Assembly (NCBI GenBank): GCA_022562795.1
Contig: JADFOP010000017.1
Location: forward strand, 1 to 36,034
From: Nitrospinota bacterium
GTDB taxonomy: Bacteria > JADFOP01
Reading direction: 5' to 3'
DNA: 36,034 bases
Of the stretch, positions 33,044 to 36,034 are shown one piece after another (within the stretch, counting starts at the first letter, position 1; each line of letters starts with the position of its first letter). Position numbers and translations under genes: made by a program. Below the pieces are notes generated by a model that worked only from the letters and a program-made list of their open reading frames with translations, did no database searches and was not told where the DNA came from.

Positions 33044-34441
33044 ATGAAGAATTCCGCTAAAGGGATGACCGCTCAAGCGCTGTCTTGGCAGGGTCTATGG
33101 GAGGCCTTCCGTGCGAAATTCGTCGGGCGGAAGTTTGTCCAGGACGTGGGAGTGCTGACGGCAGCCAACGCAGTGGGGGTTGTCTTAAGTTTCATCCAGG
33201 CTATCCTGGTAGCCCGCTGGCTGGGCCCGAAGCTCTACGGCGTTGCGGCCCTGGTTATGGCCTACCCCTCCGTTTTATTCGGCTTTGTTGACACACGTTC
33301 AGGCGCAGCGTCTGTTAAGTATCTTGGAGAGTTCGAGGCGAAACGGGACTCGGCGCGGGCCCTGGCAGTATGCAAACTGGGCTACACGGTGGACATGGCC
33401 GTAGCGATATTGGCCTTCATGTTGGTTGCAGCCACGGCGTGGTGGGCAGAGAAACGGATTGTCCAGATGCCTGGCATGACGTCCCTAATGATTCTCTACG
33501 CGGCGGCATTTCTCCCCAGCTCCCTCGCTAGGACTTCTTCGGCGGTTATGAGGACCTTCGGCCGTTTTCCAGCCCTGGCGAAGATAGACGGCATTTGCTC
33601 GGTCGTTCGGACAACCCTGGTGGTAGGGCTGGTTTGGATGGGATACGGCGTTGCTGGGGTGGTTTGGGGGAGCGCTTTAGGCCTGGCTTTAAGAGGACTG
33701 ATGCTCAGCCTCATCTCGTACCCTGTGGCGAAACAGGCCTGGGGCTCGTCTTGGCTCTGGGGCCGGTGGCATACGCTCCGAGGGGTGCGCAGGGAGATAG
33801 CGGGGTTTTTCTTTTACAACAACCTGAATGCGGTAATGGGTGTCTTCGTAAGACGGCTTGACCTCATCATTTTGGGTTACTTCCGAGGCCCTACAGAGGC
33901 GGGATACTATAGTTTGGCCAAATCTGTTGGGGCCGTGCTAAACAACCTTCGAGGTCCGTTACGATCGGTTTCTTATCCACGTCTGGCTAGATTGTGGGGA
34001 GGGGGCCAGTATGATGAACTGAGGGGGACAGTAAAGCGGTATGCATTGTTGGGTGTGGGGATATCTTTCGGGGCATTGGCGTTGGTAGCCGTTCCGCTGC
34101 TTCCAACAGCCATCGGTATTGTGGTCGGTGAGAAGTACCTACCAGCTGCTTTTGCCAGCCAGATTCTCTTTCTTGCAGGAGCAATCTATCTTGGAATGTT
34201 TTGGGTCAGGCCCCTTTACCTGGCCGCCGGAAAGGTCCGATCTTGGTTTGGACTCGGTTTAATAAGCGGCGGCTTTGCAATTATGGCGTATCCTGTAGGA
34301 GCTGTGCTTTGGGGAGCTAGCGGCGTGGCCTTAGGTCGAATGGCGGCGGGCATAATTCGTCTCGGTTTAGCCACTATTCAGATCTTACGAGGACGAGTGT
34401 ACCATGAAAGTACAACCAGCGCTGAAACGGTTCATTCTTAA
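33044..34441 (+). CDS. Wzx-type polysaccharide flippase
   Basis: ARWLGP..YG, RLDLIILG...EAGYYSLA, YPRLA; many TM segments. Confidence 0.85.
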   Translation: MKNSAKGMTAQALSWQGLWEAFRAKFVGRKFVQDVGVLTAANAVGVVLSFIQAILVARWLGPKLYGVAALVMAYPSVLFGFVDTRSGAASVKYLGEFEAKRDSARALAVCKLGYTVDMAVAILAFMLVAATAWWAEKRIVQMPGMTSLMILYAAAFLPSSLARTSSAVMRTFGRFPALAKIDGICSVVRTTLVVGLVWMGYGVAGVVWGSALGLALRGLMLSLISYPVAKQAWGSSWLWGRWHTLRGVRREIAGFFFYNNLNAVMGVFVRRLDLIILGYFRGPTEAGYYSLAKSVGAVLNNLRGPLRSVSYPRLARLWGGGQYDELRGTVKRYALLGVGISFGALALVAVPLLPTAIGIVVGEKYLPAAFASQILFLAGAIYLGMFWVRPLYLAAGKVRSWFGLGLISGGFAIMAYPVGAVLWGASGVALGRMAAGIIRLGLATIQILRGRVYHESTTSAETVHS

Positions 34442-35282
34442 ATCGCGGATTGGCAGGAAAATTGTCAATCTCCTTAAACACCGGATTGGCAGGAAAATTG
34501 CCAATCTCTACCGTCACTATCATACCGATTGCTATGTAATATCATATCCAAAATGTGGCAGAACTTGGCTTAGGGTAATGCTAGCTAAAGCTCTCGCTCT
34601 CTACTTTGGAGATCCGAGAGATATAGTATTCGACCCTATAGATGTGATCCGTAATAACTACCAGCGGGGGCCTCTCATCCGGTTCACCCACGATGGTATT
34701 TTTAAATCCCCAGCCATAGTAACCAAACCGGGCGAGAAGCGATACCAGCAGTATACCCGCAAGAAAGTTGTTTTTTTGGTCCGGGACCCTAGGGACGTCT
34801 TGGTTTCAAATTACTTCCAACGGGCCAGGCGCAGAAATGAAAGCTACGATCTTGGATATTTTGTTAGACATCAGTGGTGGGGGATAGATAGAGTCGTTGC
34901 CTTTATGAAAGGATGGTATGAACACAGGCATGTTCCTTCAGATTTCCTCCTTGTCCGATATGAAGACTTGCACCGTAATCCTGCTGGGGAGCTTCACAGG
35001 ATACTCACATTCGTCGACCTAGAGGATGTCTCAGACGAGATAGTCAGAACCTCTGTTGATTACGCCAGCTTCGACAATATGCTCAAGATGTCATTGAACG
35101 AGTTAAGTGAGGAACCTAGACTTGCGCCAGCAGATCCGCAGGACCCAGAGAGCTTTAAAATGAGAAGAGGGGAGATTGGGGGGTACAAGAGATACTTGTC
35201 GGCCGCTGATGTGGAGTATGTCGAAGAGAGAATTCGCCGCGAATTACCTTTGTCTTTTGGATACACCCATTCTGGATCGTGA
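34404..35282 (+). CDS. PAPS-dependent sulfotransferase
   Basis: ISYPKCGRTWL (5'-PSB), RDPRDVLVS (3'-PB), RYEDL, RRGEIG. Confidence 0.9.
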   Translation: MKVQPALKRFILKSRIGRKIVNLLKHRIGRKIANLYRHYHTDCYVISYPKCGRTWLRVMLAKALALYFGDPRDIVFDPIDVIRNNYQRGPLIRFTHDGIFKSPAIVTKPGEKRYQQYTRKKVVFLVRDPRDVLVSNYFQRARRRNESYDLGYFVRHQWWGIDRVVAFMKGWYEHRHVPSDFLLVRYEDLHRNPAGELHRILTFVDLEDVSDEIVRTSVDYASFDNMLKMSLNELSEEPRLAPADPQDPESFKMRRGEIGGYKRYLSAADVEYVEERIRRELPLSFGYTHSGS

Positions 35283-35531
35283 TGATAAAAGTAGACTGGA
35301 ACGAGTATACCTCCAAACTTAAAGGTGCTACCGGAACTGATATTGAGTTGATACAACAGGTAATGCAAAGCGACATTTTGTACTAGGTAAGATTTCAGAT
35401 GCATCCTCTGAGAGAATAAAAAAAGGAGTCAAGCAAAACAATTTTTTTAAATTGACTTCAGCCTATTACTAAACGGATTATGGAAATCCTTAAGGGCAGT
35501 AAACAGTATAAGGAAGGGTGCTTATAATCAA

Positions 35532-36034
35532 ATGAAAGCAGTGTTTATTGGAGGTTGTACCAGGAGTGGTACCACGATGCTGGGGGCAATGCTGGGTGCC
35601 CATTCAAATGGTTTGTGCGTTCCGGAAATGAGGTTTAAATTTTCCGCGCTGCGCCGGTGGGAATGGGACAATACGGGTGTCAACACATTAAGTGTACTGA
35701 AGTGGCTTCAAAACCATTGGCGATTTAAGATTTGGGAATTGGATATAGACCTATGTTCTGTGATCCCCAATGAAGTGACCTACCGAGAGTTTATAGAGCT
35801 GATCGTTAAACTATATGGTGAGAAGGCTGGTAAGCCTACACCGAAATTCTGGATTGACCACACTCCGGTGAATATAATGTATGCATGGACAATATTTAAC
35901 GTGTTTCCGGACGCAAAAATGGTTCACATCGTAAGAGACGGTCGCGCGGTAGCGGCTTCTGTTATGCCATTAGACTGGGGACCAAATGAAATACACAGAG
36001 CTGCACAATTCTGGGTGAGAGGGATAGCGTATGG
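35532..36034 (+). CDS. Second sulfotransferase, truncated by the window end and absent from the ORF track
   Basis: My translation: MKAVFIGGCTRSGTTMLGAMLGAHS...WIDHTP...FPDAKMVHIVRDGRAVAAS; open to the window end. Confidence 0.88.
   Translation, partial: MKAVFIGGCTRSGTTMLGAMLGAHSNGLCVPEMRFKFSALRRWEWDNTGVNTLSVLKWLQNHWRFKIWELDIDLCSVIPNEVTYREFIELIVKLYGEKAGKPTPKFWIDHTPVNIMYAWTIFNVFPDAKMVHIVRDGRAVAASVMPLDWGPNEIHRAAQFWVRGIAY

Overview
GC-rich bacterial chromosome segment. Gene content suggests a Nitrospinota/deltaproteobacteria-like lineage, but that is a weak inference. Most of it is housekeeping: bioF-bioA-bioD, a GH57 branching enzyme, mutL-guaB-guaA-dnaE-accA, class V FBP aldolase/phosphatase, thioredoxin, a MinD/FlhG-like ATPase with a J-like/HTH partner, and the start of a surface-polysaccharide cluster (GT2, DegT, Wzy/WaaL-like, GT4, Wzx, two sulfotransferases). 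Four things stand out. (1) Positions 190-2690 hold three near-identical 54-114 bp direct repeats about 1.1 kb apart. Each runs straight into a differently decayed fragment of the comM Walker-A coding sequence, and they bracket small cargo genes (HU, two orphans). This looks like an integrase-less cassette array at comM-type attachment sites. (2) An AT-rich Schlafen/AlbA_2 gene sits at the 3' end of guaA. (3) An ECF sigma/zinc anti-sigma/DUF3106-like locus has a promoter motif, GCAACTT-N12-TGGGTT, that recurs in front of two paralogous exported His/Arg-rich repeat peptides. (4) Several readable cis-elements are present: NrdR/DnaA-like boxes before mutL, GTAG REP elements, and an operator plus structured leader before the EPS regulator. 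No rRNA, tRNA, CRISPR array, integrase or transposase was seen. All calls are by eye, without database searches.
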